The position numbers and the translations under genes were made by a program. Below the pieces are notes generated by a model, which had not been told where the DNA came from, did not search any database, and saw only the letters and a list, made by a program, of their open reading frames with translations. 64,000 bases of DNA from Octopus sinensis (lineage: Eukaryota), in NCBI RefSeq assembly GCF_006345805.1, contig NW_021832974.1:1363-65362 (forward strand), written 5' to 3'. Positions 14,174 through 26,559 of the stretch are shown piece by piece. How positions within the stretch are numbered: the first letter of the stretch is position 1; each line of letters opens with the position of its first letter.

Positions 14174-14329
14174 ATAAGATATTCTCTTGGCTGAGTTGGT
14201 AGACATCTTCTATGTTGGTATATCTTTATTGTACTCACGATTTGTCAATTCTATGCTTTTTTTAATTACATCTTTCAATATCAGAGGAATTGCCTCAAAG
14301 ATCAAATTTTATGTAGAGATTTGGAAAGA

Positions 14330-15480
14330 TGCAAAACCAAGCTAGCATGCCTGCAAGAGACGAAGGTATCTGTGGAATGAAATCCCAATTACCGAACTGG
14401 AATTCAATGGCAGGAATTAAGCGCAGAGGTGAACGCTGTATTAATAATCACAGAATGGGATATCGAAATTCTTCTGGAAATCTTATAATCCACATTCAAC
14501 ATTTGTAATACCATTTGTAACATGGCTTTTCAGAAGACAACCTGAATAGATTATAGAACAAACGAACAAGAAAAAAACGAAAAATATATAATTAAATTGA
14601 TTATATTTTGTGCAAACGGTTGCAGAAATAATTATTAGTCGATTCATATTCGTATGAAGGAGCTTTGCTAAACAACAATCATAAGATCAGGAGATTAAAT
14701 CTAAGAAGACATAACAGAATTTTACATTCACAGGAAAACGCAAAGTTATTTATTTTTTCTTATATATCGAAAGGGTTGAGGAACTAATAAATAATCTTGC
14801 ATTCATCAGGAAATATCACCAGCGCTAGACTCATCATCATTAATATTCCCATGGATGACTTACCTCAAATAATGTGGAAAAGAACTTCAGAAGTTATAAT
14901 AATGGGGTTGAAAAAACTACAATGAAAGGAAGGTTTACAAAGGAGCAGACAACTCGACAGAAAAATGAATTTGGTTTATTTTAAAGAGATTTAAGATGGG
15001 CACAGTGAAGTCTGACATCTTGTTCATTAATGAGACTAAGCTGAAGGAAGCAATGAAAGTGGAATTTAAGAGCTAAAGTCTATTAATATACCATAAAAAA
15101 CAAACTCAGTCGCGGGAACAGGAACCTCAGTCTAATACAGAACGATCCTGAAGGTGAGGAACATAAGAATTGTGAAGAAAACTCTCTGTGAACTCATTGT
15201 GCTTGAGTTGCACACGACTACTGGCTGGCTGACCATTGATGGAATGTACTCAAAGTCTCAAGGCGTTATTTAAATGTCATTGGGACGTTCTTTGAAGAAA
15301 ATTCCTTGGCAATCCTAGCCTAGTAATGACTTTCCTTTTGACGATGAGGGGAATGAAGAGCATGGAGTAATGGCGTAGATTAATCTGTCACTCTGGGAGA
15401 GTCGTTGTGTTACTCGATTGATCGTTCAGAATTGTTAAGGAATCCAAATGAGAAAGTTAAAGTTCTCTTCTCGTATCCCA
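14330..15480 (+). mobile_element. Decayed APE-endonuclease LINE remnants
   Basis: ACLQETK (~14350) and ILFINETKL (~15020) motifs amid stops. Confidence 0.5.
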
Positions 15481-16629
15481 GACTGAAATGACACCCATAA
15501 GGAGTGCTTTGCATCCAAGTCCCCGCATAAGGTGACTTCATCGACGGATGACAGTCTAAAGAAATTTGGATTCTTTTCAGATCCTTGAAAACTTTTTATA
15601 AAGAACCTTGTAATGAAATAAAGAATTAAGTTAACGGTGAACTATAATCGGAGATGTTGAAACTAAATGCAATCATTCAAAATAAAAGAAGTTGATCAAT
15701 GGCTACGAAATGTGGGACTACATTTTGTCATATAATTTGGTCTCTCTGCCCTATTGCAATTTCCCCGTAGACACTTTCCTGAACAAACTACATACAAATT
15801 CCATTTTATCAGGCAGTTTCCTAACTTCCGACTTGGGCGCAACCAAATTTGATTAATCTAAAAGATGAGATGTATCTTAATCACCATTGGATATGCCCCG
15901 GTCAATCGATATGCAATTCATGTTAATAAATGGCTCTAAAAACGACCGGTGGGGACGACCTGGCTCTTTCAGTGAATTTCGGTCTACGTGCTCCGCGGAA
16001 ACTGGCATTCAATGGGCAGTGCGGCGTAGTTGAGCTGACCGTTTAGCTCTCGAATACTTTTTCAGCCATCTAACCTTGCGATTATTGTTAATAGCTTTGA
16101 TGCCTACTCGTCTTGCTTAATTTACTTAGATTTACTTATTCTATGCTTTGACATGTCACTGATATGAGTTAATCTTTCCAGTTTCCAAATCAAGTCGAGT
16201 CGACACAAACAGAAATAAATAGCAAAAAAAAATAGCAAAATTAAAGACGAGATAAAACGCCCTTTAGGACACGAAAAAAATATGCTGTTGGACAGCTCGA
16301 CTGAGCACATCCACCCCGCCTAATGTTCCAAAGTGCAATGGTCGACTAGACAGAGGCACAACCGCCTAATTGATCACGGCTGAGCACAACCAAGTAAGTG
16401 CTACCCATTCTTCGCACGTCTCAATTTAATTAAAGTTTTTATCAAAAATCATGTTTCAGATTTATATGCTTATAATTCTAAAATGTACTTATTCAGCATA
16501 TTTTAACTAATTAATTTAACATAAAGCAATATTAGAAACAATCCAAATTATTATATTCTTGGAAAAGAGAATTGAAAACTAGGATAATGTATGTTATTTG
16601 ATGCCTATTAATATCGAGTAGATTTTTTT

Positions 16630-16985
16630 TTCCGAAGGAGGACAGTTTTCATCCTGGGGCTAATTCTCGTTATCGTTCCCCTGCCCGTGAGGCAACGAGT
16701 ACTTCTGGCACGACACAGTTGGAAATGGGGATCTCTTACCTTCCGGGCTTAGCGTGGCGTTACGGGGTCCACCATGTCAGTTGGAAATTCCTTCGGATAT
16801 GGCAACGCTCAGGAGGCACTTAATGCCTTCCGAAAAAGGACTCTTAGCTTCTCAGACCCTGGTACATCGTCGTCTCAGGCCGATCTTGCGGGAAGGATTG
16901 AACCTTTCAGAAGGATCTCCCTCGTTTGGATCGGCGATCACGGGATTAACTATAATTAACTGGCTTGCCCGTATTGGTCTTTAAA
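16630..16985. other. GC-rich structured island, possible ncRNA or SINE-like element
   Basis: ~350-bp GC island in AT-rich DNA with hairpins, RNase P-like motifs on the minus strand and a (TAA)n run at the plus 3' end. Identity unresolved. Confidence 0.3.
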
Positions 16986-17023
16986 TAATAATAATAATCT
17001 GTCTTACTTAGGATGGTCTACAG

Positions 17024-17422
17024 CAGCGGTTCTCAAATGCGGCCCCCAGGATTTTTTTTGCGGCCCGTCTAGAGTAACTAACTTTTTTAATTTTTTAATA
17101 ATGTTAAAATTTAATTATTCATTCTTAAGGTTAAACATATCCATAATTGGTGATTTCATTAATCAATTTGAAGCACGTTTTGGGGTACATTTATATAAAT
17201 TTAATTTTTAGAATTTTAAAGAATTCCTTCCTTTAATGAAAATATTCGTAACTCCATTCAGCGTGGAAATTAAGGATGCGCCTGCAAAGTTTTAACATAC
17301 ATGCGAATCAATATTTAGTAAAATGGAAAATATAAAAATATATAAAATATTTTTTGTGCGGCCCGCGAAGCTAATCTTATTTATCGATTTGGCCCTTGAG
17401 CTAAAAAGGTTGAGAACCCCTG
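17024..17422. mobile_element. hAT MITE (Charlie/Buster-type termini)
   Basis: TIRs CAGCGGTTCTCAA / TTGAGAACCCCTG; 8-bp TSD GTCTACAG at 17016-17023 and 17423-17430; internal GCGGCCC motifs. Confidence 0.92.
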
Positions 17423-17629
17423 GTCTACAGTAATTGATTTTTGATATAAAACTATAATTTGTACCTATGATGACTAACGATGGTCTACTTATGATAATGA
17501 TGACCTATAATCGTACTGAAACTATTACGTTCGAGCATTTTTAATTATTGCTCTTTTAATAATTTAAACATTTTACTTTCTAAAAACCAAGTTAATGCTA
17601 AGTTACTAATTGTTGTTAATTATCTTTTT

Positions 17630-18330
17630 AAGGCTTTAAAATGCGCCTTCATAACATCACTATCTTTAACAAAAATTGTTAGAAAATTTGGCAACAGTCC
17701 CCGTAGGCATGGTTAAACCTTTCCAGACACAGTTTTTGGACGACGAATTTCTACAAATCCGAGTCTTCCGTGACCTTCTTTTTTTGACCTAACCCAGTAC
17801 AGACCGACGTGGAATTGGAATTGGACGTTCTGCATTAGTTCATAGTCGTTCTGTAAACGAACCCTTTAACCTTCAATGTTAAATTAATATTTCAATCGAT
17901 GCACTTTTATCTTTATTCAGTCATTTATAATAAGGAGAATTTAAGTGCATTACAGTATTTTTCTCAATAGTTTTGTAACTCGGAATTCCTCTAACACTTG
18001 CAAAAAAATAAAAGCAAAAATCTACCAGTAGATGAGTGAGGCGTTTGATTGTCTAAAAAACAGTCTTTCGAATCTGTTTTATCCACTCTTTCTTGAAATT
18101 CGAAGCTCTTCAGCTAATAAAGTATCCAGTGTAATTTACAGGTTTTATAAGAAACTAAAAGTCAATGACTCGAGGTTGGATGACAATTATTCTCGGATTA
18201 TTTCGCAACTTTGTTCGATAAATTTATTACCCAAAAGACGATTTTTTGATTAAAGTCTATTGTTCATAGTTATGAAAATTATTAGTGTGTTGCTAAATAG
18301 ACTGATGAATACAAAATTCAGTAATTTACT
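17630..18330 (-). mobile_element. Decayed relative of the Ginger-like integrase
   Basis: Similar to 10150-10700 (PHSSTG followed by an intron at the same position, RGIP, YGD..VAKFSNNF). Confidence 0.65.
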
Positions 18331-20351
18331 CATTTTTCAGTTCCGCAATCAACGACTATAACTAGTTTCTTGTCTTCTCCAATATTTGAGAGAGGGCTGA
18401 TGAAGGATAATGTCTTCGAATTCTCCCATCGATAGTCACATTGGACTCTTCCAACTAAGGAACTGCATATCAATCCTAAAGTTAACCTAGATAACGGCCA
18501 AGTGACATCAAGCAACCGATTTGCAGCAAGACCTCCGCACTCTGGAGATCTGCTTTGATACACAGGAATGAAGACAAGCTACTCTACCAATTTTCCTTAA
18601 AGGGATCGGTCTGGCCACCCCATCTGACTCATCGCGGATATTTCTGTTCTTTCTCAATACAATGAACTGATTGCTTTGCCGTTTGGAGAAAACTGGGACT
18701 CCTCATTCCATCTGTCAATTTTAATAAACATGACTAATCCATGCCAAAGCATACAAAAAATTAAATGAACGCAGGACCAAGGAAAACTGGCCATCTTAAG
18801 AATGAATAGTCAGTCTTGAGCCCTGTGAAACAACGGGCTGCCTGTTGAACCACGAATCAATGAAATTTGCTTACGTTTTGGTCTACCCGTTTCGGCTATG
18901 CAGCGGCTTACGGAGCTATGAGATTGGCTAGCACTCCTCCTCATGTCTCAACGTGATTGGACGCTTCACAAACTGAGAAAGACATGCCTCACCCCAATGA
19001 TGTGAGGACCAAAGTTTGTCTTTGTAACCATTAGAGAAACCCATACTCCTCTACAACTCGGGAGCATCGGCTTGACATGACAGGATTACAAAAAATTACA
19101 AAAAATGGACTCTTTTTACAGAAATCAGGTATGACTAATCTTGTCATAAAGCATGTTGTCGCCCGCAACGCGGCTCGGAATATCGAGAAATGGAGAAAGT
19201 TGTTAAAATAACTGCATACGCTTTGACTTTGTGCAGCGCCAATAATAATTCCAGAACATTCTGGATCCCCGATTTCTATAAAGATCCTGCAGTGTGTTTT
19301 GCAAAATTTTGAAAAACTAAACAAGTATCAACTCACCAACTCCTTTTCCGAAAGTCTTAAAATACAAATTATCTGGGATGTACTAAAAATGCCATGTGTC
19401 AATATCATCGACACTGCATATTCATTTATTGCATAAAATAAGTCCGCCGACTTTGTGTTAGAAAGCATATTTTTTTAACATTATTTAGTCCATAATTGAA
19501 TAAATTACTCCTGCACATACAAGCACACACAGATAACGTACTCCCTCTAAAGTTTAATAAGGATCTAACATTCTATTAAATTTATTGGCGTTGTAAAAAG
19601 TGTTAAAAGATTAATCGATGGGAGGGCCAGCGGCCTGACGGATCGCCAAACTGTTTCCCCGCACATTTGTTGCTGACTTTTGGATTTATCTCCAAGCCAA
19701 CAAATATTTGTGAATAACTTATTCCCTGAATCAAACCATCTTTCTCATTCTCCACATATTTGTATTTCTTTATCTCCTTCCTCCAATATTCTGGGTTTAG
19801 ATTTAGTCCATTGCTGACTGTCACGTGACAATCCCCGCAAGAAAACAAAGATCTAAATATTTTTGACAGCGATTGCTCTTATTCTACAACTGGAGGACTT
19901 GTTCTCACGAAAACAATTTTCCAGGTCTAGTTGGAGCTCTGCACTAACCCGCCTTCGTTTTGTGGATGTGGTGTCTGGTAAGAGCATCCAACCAATAGGA
20001 AGCCGGATGTTAGTGGCAATAGTGGTTAATGATAATCCCCGTCAAACCAATCAGTGATCAAAGGTCTTAACGTCAAACTAGTGAATGAAAGGTCGCCTAT
20101 TGATAAGGCTGCGTGATCACGACTATTGATTGTACTATTGCACCTGCAAAAAATGAGTCCTTGAATGGTTTGATGCGTGTCAAAAATAGTTCGGTCGCGG
20201 TCGGCTCCTGTCGACTTATAAGTCATAGCCGTCAAGTTGTGGCACGAAATGTCGAATCAGAACAACTCGCAGGTTGGTATTGCTATGCTTTGAAATGTCA
20301 CTGATATGAGTTAATCTTTCCAGTTTCCAAATCAAGTCGAGTCGAGCAAGT

Positions 20352-20869
20352 ATGGCACGTGAGTAACCCCTTAGATTGCACGGAACGGAGGCTTCCCCTG
20401 AATGTGAAAATGTGTGGCCTTATTATTGCAGTGAGCAACACTCGGAAACCTCGAAAGAAGCGAGGAATGTTTCCGAAGGACGTCATCCTCAAGCTGAGGA
20501 CGTGGCTGTGTGCGCACATGGAGGTGAGTATTGGCTGCCACGGTCGTAGCATCCCTACCCGACGGAGGACGAGAAGCGCGAGTTGTCTGAGCAAACAAAG
20601 CTGACAATTCTGCAAGTGAACAATTGGTATTGTGCCCCACTCAACTCAGGTTCATCAACGCCCGACGACGGGAGTTGCCTCGAATGGTGAAGGGGGCAGT
20701 CCCCCCAACCTATCCTGTCTACCCTGCCCCCAGTCGTCCTGCCGAATCATTCGAGTACCATCAGTTCGTGGTCCCCCCAGTGCTTCCCTCGATACCCCAT
20801 CCGTACTTCCTGGGGTACCCTGAACCCCCTAGTCAATGGGATTGTTATGACTCTTTTTTATATCGATAA
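20352..20869 (+). CDS. TALE-class homeobox protein (MEIS/PKNOX-like); 5' end uncertain
   Basis: Removing introns 20524-20549 (26 nt) and 20627-20649 (23 nt) gives [49 protein letters not shown]. Confidence 0.92.
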
Positions 20870-20906
20870 TATTAGTGTTAGTACTACATCCGAGATATAG
20901 TCTTGA

Positions 20907-21877
20907 CTAGACTTTTAATATTCCCCCCACCCGCCTCACGACTGCGCTGTCTCGCCTCGATTTGGTCCCTGAGTGGGATGATGTCGTCGGGAATGGTGTG
21001 GAGGAGGAAGGGGGTGTGAGGGCGTGGGATGTGAGGGGGGGAAGTGGGTGTCTCGAGGGGGACTAGAGAGTGAGTCAGTTAATCAACCAAAGTTGGTGAC
21101 ATGTTCGACGCACTCACTCGAAATAGTCAATTTCCTGTCAAAGAAGTACTGATAGGCACACTCGTCCACCACCAGCAGACTCACACTCCCTTCCCTCCCT
21201 TTTATCAGCTCGACCACCTCCTCGTGCTCCATCTTCTCCACATTCACGTCGTTCACCTGCACCACAATGTCCCCCTCCCGCACACCCGCGTCAGCCGCCG
21301 GAGAATTGGCAATGACGTTGGCGATGAGGTGCTTGTCCTCGTTCATCACCAATGTGAACCCGAAAGTGCCACCCTCCTTCGCCCTCACTTCGCAATCTCG
21401 GGCTGAATACTCGGGGACTCCTTCCAATATCTCCTCCCGCTCTTCCACTATTACTTCTTCATTCTCCTTCACTATTCCATCATCCAAACACTCTGATTCG
21501 GGCACTCTCACTCCCTCGGGAACACCCTCAGGCACTCGTTCTAATCCCTCCTCACATTGTTGCACTACTACTTCCTCGGATGTCCCCTCACCCTCGGGCA
21601 CTCTCTCCAGCACTCCTCCACCTTCTCTTCGCAATATTTTTAGGCGCAGCTTCTTTTTGGATTTTTTGATTTTGGAGAGGGCTTTTTTGTAGGACAACTT
21701 GTTGATGTCATATTTATCAATCATCAGCACTTTGTCCCCTTCCTGCAGTCCTGACATTTCCGCCGGACTTTGAGGGACGATGTTCGAGATGCGTTGACTC
21801 TTTGTTTCCTCGTCCTCAATCAGCCCAAACCCGAACCCCTCCTTGCACGCATCCAAGTTGAGTAAAATCTCCGTCAT
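20907..21877 (-). CDS. Two-PDZ scaffold protein (NHERF/PDZK1-like)
   Basis: Two PDZ domains (GFGFGL..SPAEMSGLQEGD; TFGFTL..SPAADAGVREGD..LLVVD); a 25-nt intron joins a Ser/Thr/Pro-rich last exon. Confidence 0.85.
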
Positions 21878-22593
21878 TGGTTGCTACCCGACAATGTTCG
21901 CTCAGAATGTATTTTATTGTATTCCGGCACACCGCCCAACATGTTTGTTTGTAGTTACACAAATATAATTAATAATTATCCTTATTCCGACGCACCTTCT
22001 GACTCCCACTAATCGGGTTCGTGGATTGTGCGTCTCCTTGGAAGCAAACAAGTCTTCTTTTCAGTCAACACTCTCTTCTTTATGCCAGTTGACTACATTT
22101 CCGGCTATAGTGAATTTTTAGGGCATTGGAGAACGGAATAGCTGTTTATTAGAATTTTGATATTTGGTCTCGTTCCATTATGTAAATATTAGGGTACTTG
22201 GTGTCCAGAGAGCATACTTTGTTGTGGAGAGAACCAGGTTGGAGTGGATCCTCTGCATAGAAGAAAGGGGAGTCTGAACAAAACAGGAATAACAATAAAA
22301 TAGATTGAATATTAGTTAATAATAAATGAGGACTGATTAGCATTATTCTTGGTACGGGAAATAACACAAATAAATTGCGGTCGAGACGCAGTGGAGGATG
22401 TCTAGTGGATCGGGTCAACGAAGACAAGCCTGCAAGAAGAGAATGTCAGTGGCGATAGGAAGTGAGATGTACCCGGAAAGTAATAAGAAATGTAAATGTA
22501 GGCGACGTGGAGCAAGTGGATGGAGTGGGTAGGAAGGTGAAGTGTGTGTGGAGAGTGTAGTCATTCGCGTACAGGTCGTGGAGGAGTGAGGAG

Positions 22594-25258
22594 ATGAGAC
22601 TGGACATGTCCAACTACAAGACAGTGCTGCACAACCCGACACTGAGTTACATATTTTTGGGATATGTGCTGAGAAGAGGGAGGGCGAGTGAATTGGTAAA
22701 TGGTGTGCTCACTCAGCTATTCGCACTCCTCGTGGACTGTTTCACCCATTTCCAGCCTGCACACTTTCCCTACGGACTGCCCGTGCTGGCCTACCAGATC
22801 TACTCACTCTTCCTCCACGAGCACTCCCCCCTCCACATCCTCCACAGTGAGGGGGTGGCCAGGGCACTCGACGAAGGACACCTCGAAGGCCTGTTCGACA
22901 CTCCATTCGAGGACAACCTCCACTCCCTCACTCCCCAGTTGGCCATGTTCTTCCAGGAGGGTAATCACCCACTCACCTCAGATAGTGACACGTGGGACAA
23001 GTATCGGGGCACTGAGTTGACGGATGTCCAGGGACTGTTGGGCAGGTGGTGTGAGGGGGAGGGCGGAGTGGCCGTGGCCATGCACACTCTGTTCATGCTC
23101 AAGAAGGTGGGCAGGGTGGGACAGTCAGTGGGACAGTCCAAGGCCCAGTCACTGCGACCCAAACACCCGAAGTACTCGACCCTGTTGAGGAAGGGGCGGA
23201 GGACAAGTCACACGATGGTGGAGGTGGAGGTGAGTAAGGCGGTGTACTGCGGAGTGTGTGGGCGACTGATATGGGGGAATGTGCCGCAGGCGTGGGAGTG
23301 TTTGAGTGAGTGTGTGTGTGAGTGTGCAGACTGTGGAGTGTTGGTGGGGCAGAGGTGTGGGGGGCAGAAGTGCAGTTTGGGAGGGCAGTGTGGGAGACGG
23401 AAGGGGAGTGGAGTGCGTGTGGAGAGTGACTCCGACTTGGAGTACCGGGAGAACTGCCCTCGCTGGAGAGTGTGTTGGGGAGTGAGGAGTACAAGGCACT
23501 CAACTCGACCTCCCGGAAAGTGGAGAACGTGCTGAACGGTGTGTAGTGTGTATTATGTGGAGAGTTGACTCACACGGAACGGTCTCACGTGCGGACTCTA
23601 AAAGTGCTGCATGTCGTGTTCTACCGTCGACTGCAGGAGTGGGACGACCAAGTGGCTCAGTTCATATTCGCCGGACTGCCCGAACTAGTCCGAGTGCACT
23701 GTTGTCTTGTCCTCTCATTCACAGCCGCCGCCGCCCAGGAATTGAGACGAAGGAATCCAGTGGAGGACACACTCCCCAAACTGGCAGGACTGTCCACTCA
23801 TCCTTAGTTCGCCCAGGTTCTCACTCCCAGTCTACAATTTTGTTGCCACCAGAAAGAGGTGCTGAATATGCTGGCCAAACGACTCATTTCCGACCAACAC
23901 TTTGCGGCCATAATATCTGTCAGCCTGCTTTCCCACCACTGTTAGGAGGCCGAACAGAGCAGGCTATGTCGGGGACTCAAACTGAAGGATTTGCTGGTGG
24001 CCCAAATGCAGAGACTGACCAAATATCCCCTCTTTATCGACCAACTCATCAAACACTCCAAAGGGCTAACAACCATCAAGCCACTGGCCACACAACTCCT
24101 CTCCAAGATGAGCGAGCAGACCGAGAGGGCCGAGAACAAACACTTTCTCAGCCAACTCACTGTCGAGGTCAGACAGGAAGGCATCCCCACTCCCTTCCAA
24201 GTTGGTCTCCCTTTCCACTCTAGACGTGGCACGTCCTCGACAAAACACTCCTTCACAAGGGCACAGTCCGCCTTAAGCTTAGCAAAAAGAGTTACGAATG
24301 TCTCCTCCTCCTTTTCGACACCCATTTGGTCGTCCTCTTCAAAGCAGACAACTCTCGCCACGTCCTCCGAACATTTTCTGACAAGTCCGCCCTCAGTCCA
24401 CACCCCATCTCCCCCGTCATCCCACTCTCACAATACCTCGTCGTCCGCATTTTCGCCGCCGGTCATTCTCATCATTCATTCTTAGATAAAAAGTGCTTCC
24501 TCGTCCTACACCAACACAAACTACAACTCCTCACTTTCCACACTCCCTCCACTCTACTCGCCAACAAATGGGTCGCCCTCATCACTCCCGCTCTCCTCGC
24601 CGCCCGCCAGGCCACCCAGGATGTCACTACTGCTCCTTCCAAGGATGCTACTCACGATACTACAATCACTACTGGGGATGATACCGCATTGACTCACGAT
24701 ACTACAATCACTACTGAGGATGCTACTGATATCACTCACGATACTCCACTCACTACTGGGGATGCCCCGATCACTCCATCTGGGGATGCCACTACTGAGG
24801 ATGCTACTGATATCATGCACGATACCCCATTCACTATTGAGGAACCCACTCCCTCCCAGGATACCCCAATCACTACTGAGGATGCACAACTCACTCTCTC
24901 CCAGGATGAACCCTCCCAGGATACCCCAATCACTACTGAGGATGCCCAACTCTCGCAGGATGAACTGACAGGGTCACAGGATATGACTCCTCAGGATGAT
25001 GAGCTGGGTGGCACACTCACGCGACTGAGGAAAATAAACTCATTAGTGGAGAGGTCGGCAGTGCTGATGGCGACGACTGTGTGTCACCCACTCAAAGATG
25101 TGGTGTGCCGACTGAACGACCTCCTCCAAGACATCCAGTCCAACAACCCCGATAACTCCCCACATCTGGTGGTCTCCCTCGACCAACTCACCAACCTTGT
25201 GGGGGCTGTCGAGGTGTTGACTGTCAAGGATAATTCCAGTGAGGACGATAACAATTAG
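22594..25258 (+). CDS. RH(RGS-like)-C1-DH-PH RhoGEF (RhoGEF2/ARHGEF11-12 type) with acidic repeat tail
   Basis: RH-like YIFLGYV..AYQIYSLFL..SPL; C1 H..YCGVCGRLIWG..C..C; DH ELTHTERSHVRTLKVL and QMQRLTKYPL; introns such as 22696-22716 (21 nt). 1-nt frameshift near 23445 in this copy. Possible upstream PDZ-like exons at ~22360-22590. Confidence 0.85.
24640..24980 (+). repeat. Degenerate coding tandem repeat (DTPITTEDA-like) in the RhoGEF tail
   Basis: Recurrent ATCACTACTGAGGATGC and CCCAGGATACCCC units. Confidence 0.75.
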
Positions 25259-25357
25259 TTATTTACAAGCATTGTGTTGAACAACTCCTAATTAGTCAAT
25301 GAAACATGTCGATTGATCGTCGGGCGCGCAAGTTATAGATTGAATTGCCGATAATTG

Positions 25358-26345
25358 ATGTTAGCAATGAGCGTTACTGGCAAACTGACTGTCGCTGCCA
25401 TGATCCTGGCCGCCCTGTCCATCCTCACTGCGGGCATATTCTTCATGTTGGACAAGTCGAGTGTGGCCACTGGTTGTCCCTTCTTGTCATGTGGCAGGAC
25501 TGTACTCCAACCTCACCTCCGACCTCCAATTCGCCTACCAGACTCCACTCACGCCCATTTCGTGGATAAACAACCAGTGGAACGCAGTGATAATCTGGCT
25601 GGCCTTCTTCCTCATCTACGGCCTCTCCACCACATTCCGGCGAATCCACGACACGACGGACTTGAAGGAGCGGGCGAGTTATTTGTACAAGCACCCCTGC
25701 AGAGGAGTGGTTCCCTATGGGGTGTACTCCTCCATTGCAGTCGTGTGTGCTCTGTCCGTGGTATATCTCTTCCTCTGGGACATGCTCTATTTCCGTGCCT
25801 CCGCCGCACTCACACTCCTCTCCGCAGTCCTCGCCCACATTGCCTATTTCCACATGGCCTCCCACACATTCCACGTCCAGACCGTCCTCTTCCACTGTGC
25901 CAAGGCACTCGATGTGTGGCTCCTCAGGATTCTCGGCCTCAACGGGCTTGCCTTGCTGTCCGCCTGGCTGACTTTTCTCGCACTCCTCAACCTGTCGGTG
26001 GCCATGGTGTATGGAGGAGGCTCCCTCTCCCCCCACTCCGCCGGGGAGGTGTGCGGCGGCATTTATTTGGCTTGCATTGTGGCCACTCTCCTGGCCGACC
26101 TGTTCTTCCTTGAAAAGTACACTCGCTATGCCCTCGTCCACTACATTTCCCACATGGTCTCCGGGTGTGGACTCGTTCTCTTCAGACCACATGTCTACGG
26201 GGACTTTCCACTCAGCACTCAACTCGGCATCGCCATCCTCGGGGTCGCCGGCACTGCCTTCGTCGTCAAACTCGCCTTTGCGGTGGTCAGACATTTCTCA
26301 CACCCTCTCCCCACTCCCAACAAACACTTTCTCGACATGTTCTAA
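25358..26345 (+). CDS. Multi-pass membrane protein, possibly TspO-like superfamily
   Basis: A 25-nt intron joins ORFs 25355 and 25461; several hydrophobic segments; 'SD..FAYQTPLTPISWI..W..IIW' resembles the S..Y.T..TPA.W.F.IW motif. Confidence 0.65.
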
Positions 26346-26559
26346 CATTTGATTTGTTGTGCCCTTCCCTTCTATAATAGTATAGTACGTGCAACAACTG
26401 TGTTTATACTACTGTCTTATCGGCTTATCGGGTAAGAGGATTGTCTCCTCTGTCGAAATAGTACATTGCACTGATAGAGGACAATCAATTGGATGACGAA
26501 GTTTGATCGACCTACACGCATATTCTGATTGCTCATAAGCGGAGTGGGACAGCCACACA

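Larger units (their letters stand above)
15484..25358 (+). repeat. Segmental duplication, copy 1 (~9.9 kb)
   Basis: Near-identical, same-orientation match to 54122-64000 (offset ~38.64 kb), with scattered SNPs and small indels. Confidence 0.97.

Noticed and set aside
16651-16745. RNase MRP CR-V (GGGGCTAATTCTC) or U1 5' end (CTTACC) on the plus strand
   Set aside because: No matching CR-I within range, and no U1 stems or Sm site.
18397-18421. Hammerhead ribozyme (CTGATGA...CGAA)
   Set aside because: GAAT instead of GAAA, stem II closes incorrectly, and stems I/III are not evident.
19031-20290. Protein-coding genes in the short ORFs upstream of TALE (and at 29690-30300)
   Set aside because: No recognisable motifs, and frames differ between the duplicate copies.
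21900-22590. Minus-strand membrane-protein gene from ORFs 22149 and 22415
   Set aside because: No coherent spliced product; the region may instead hold RhoGEF 5' exons.
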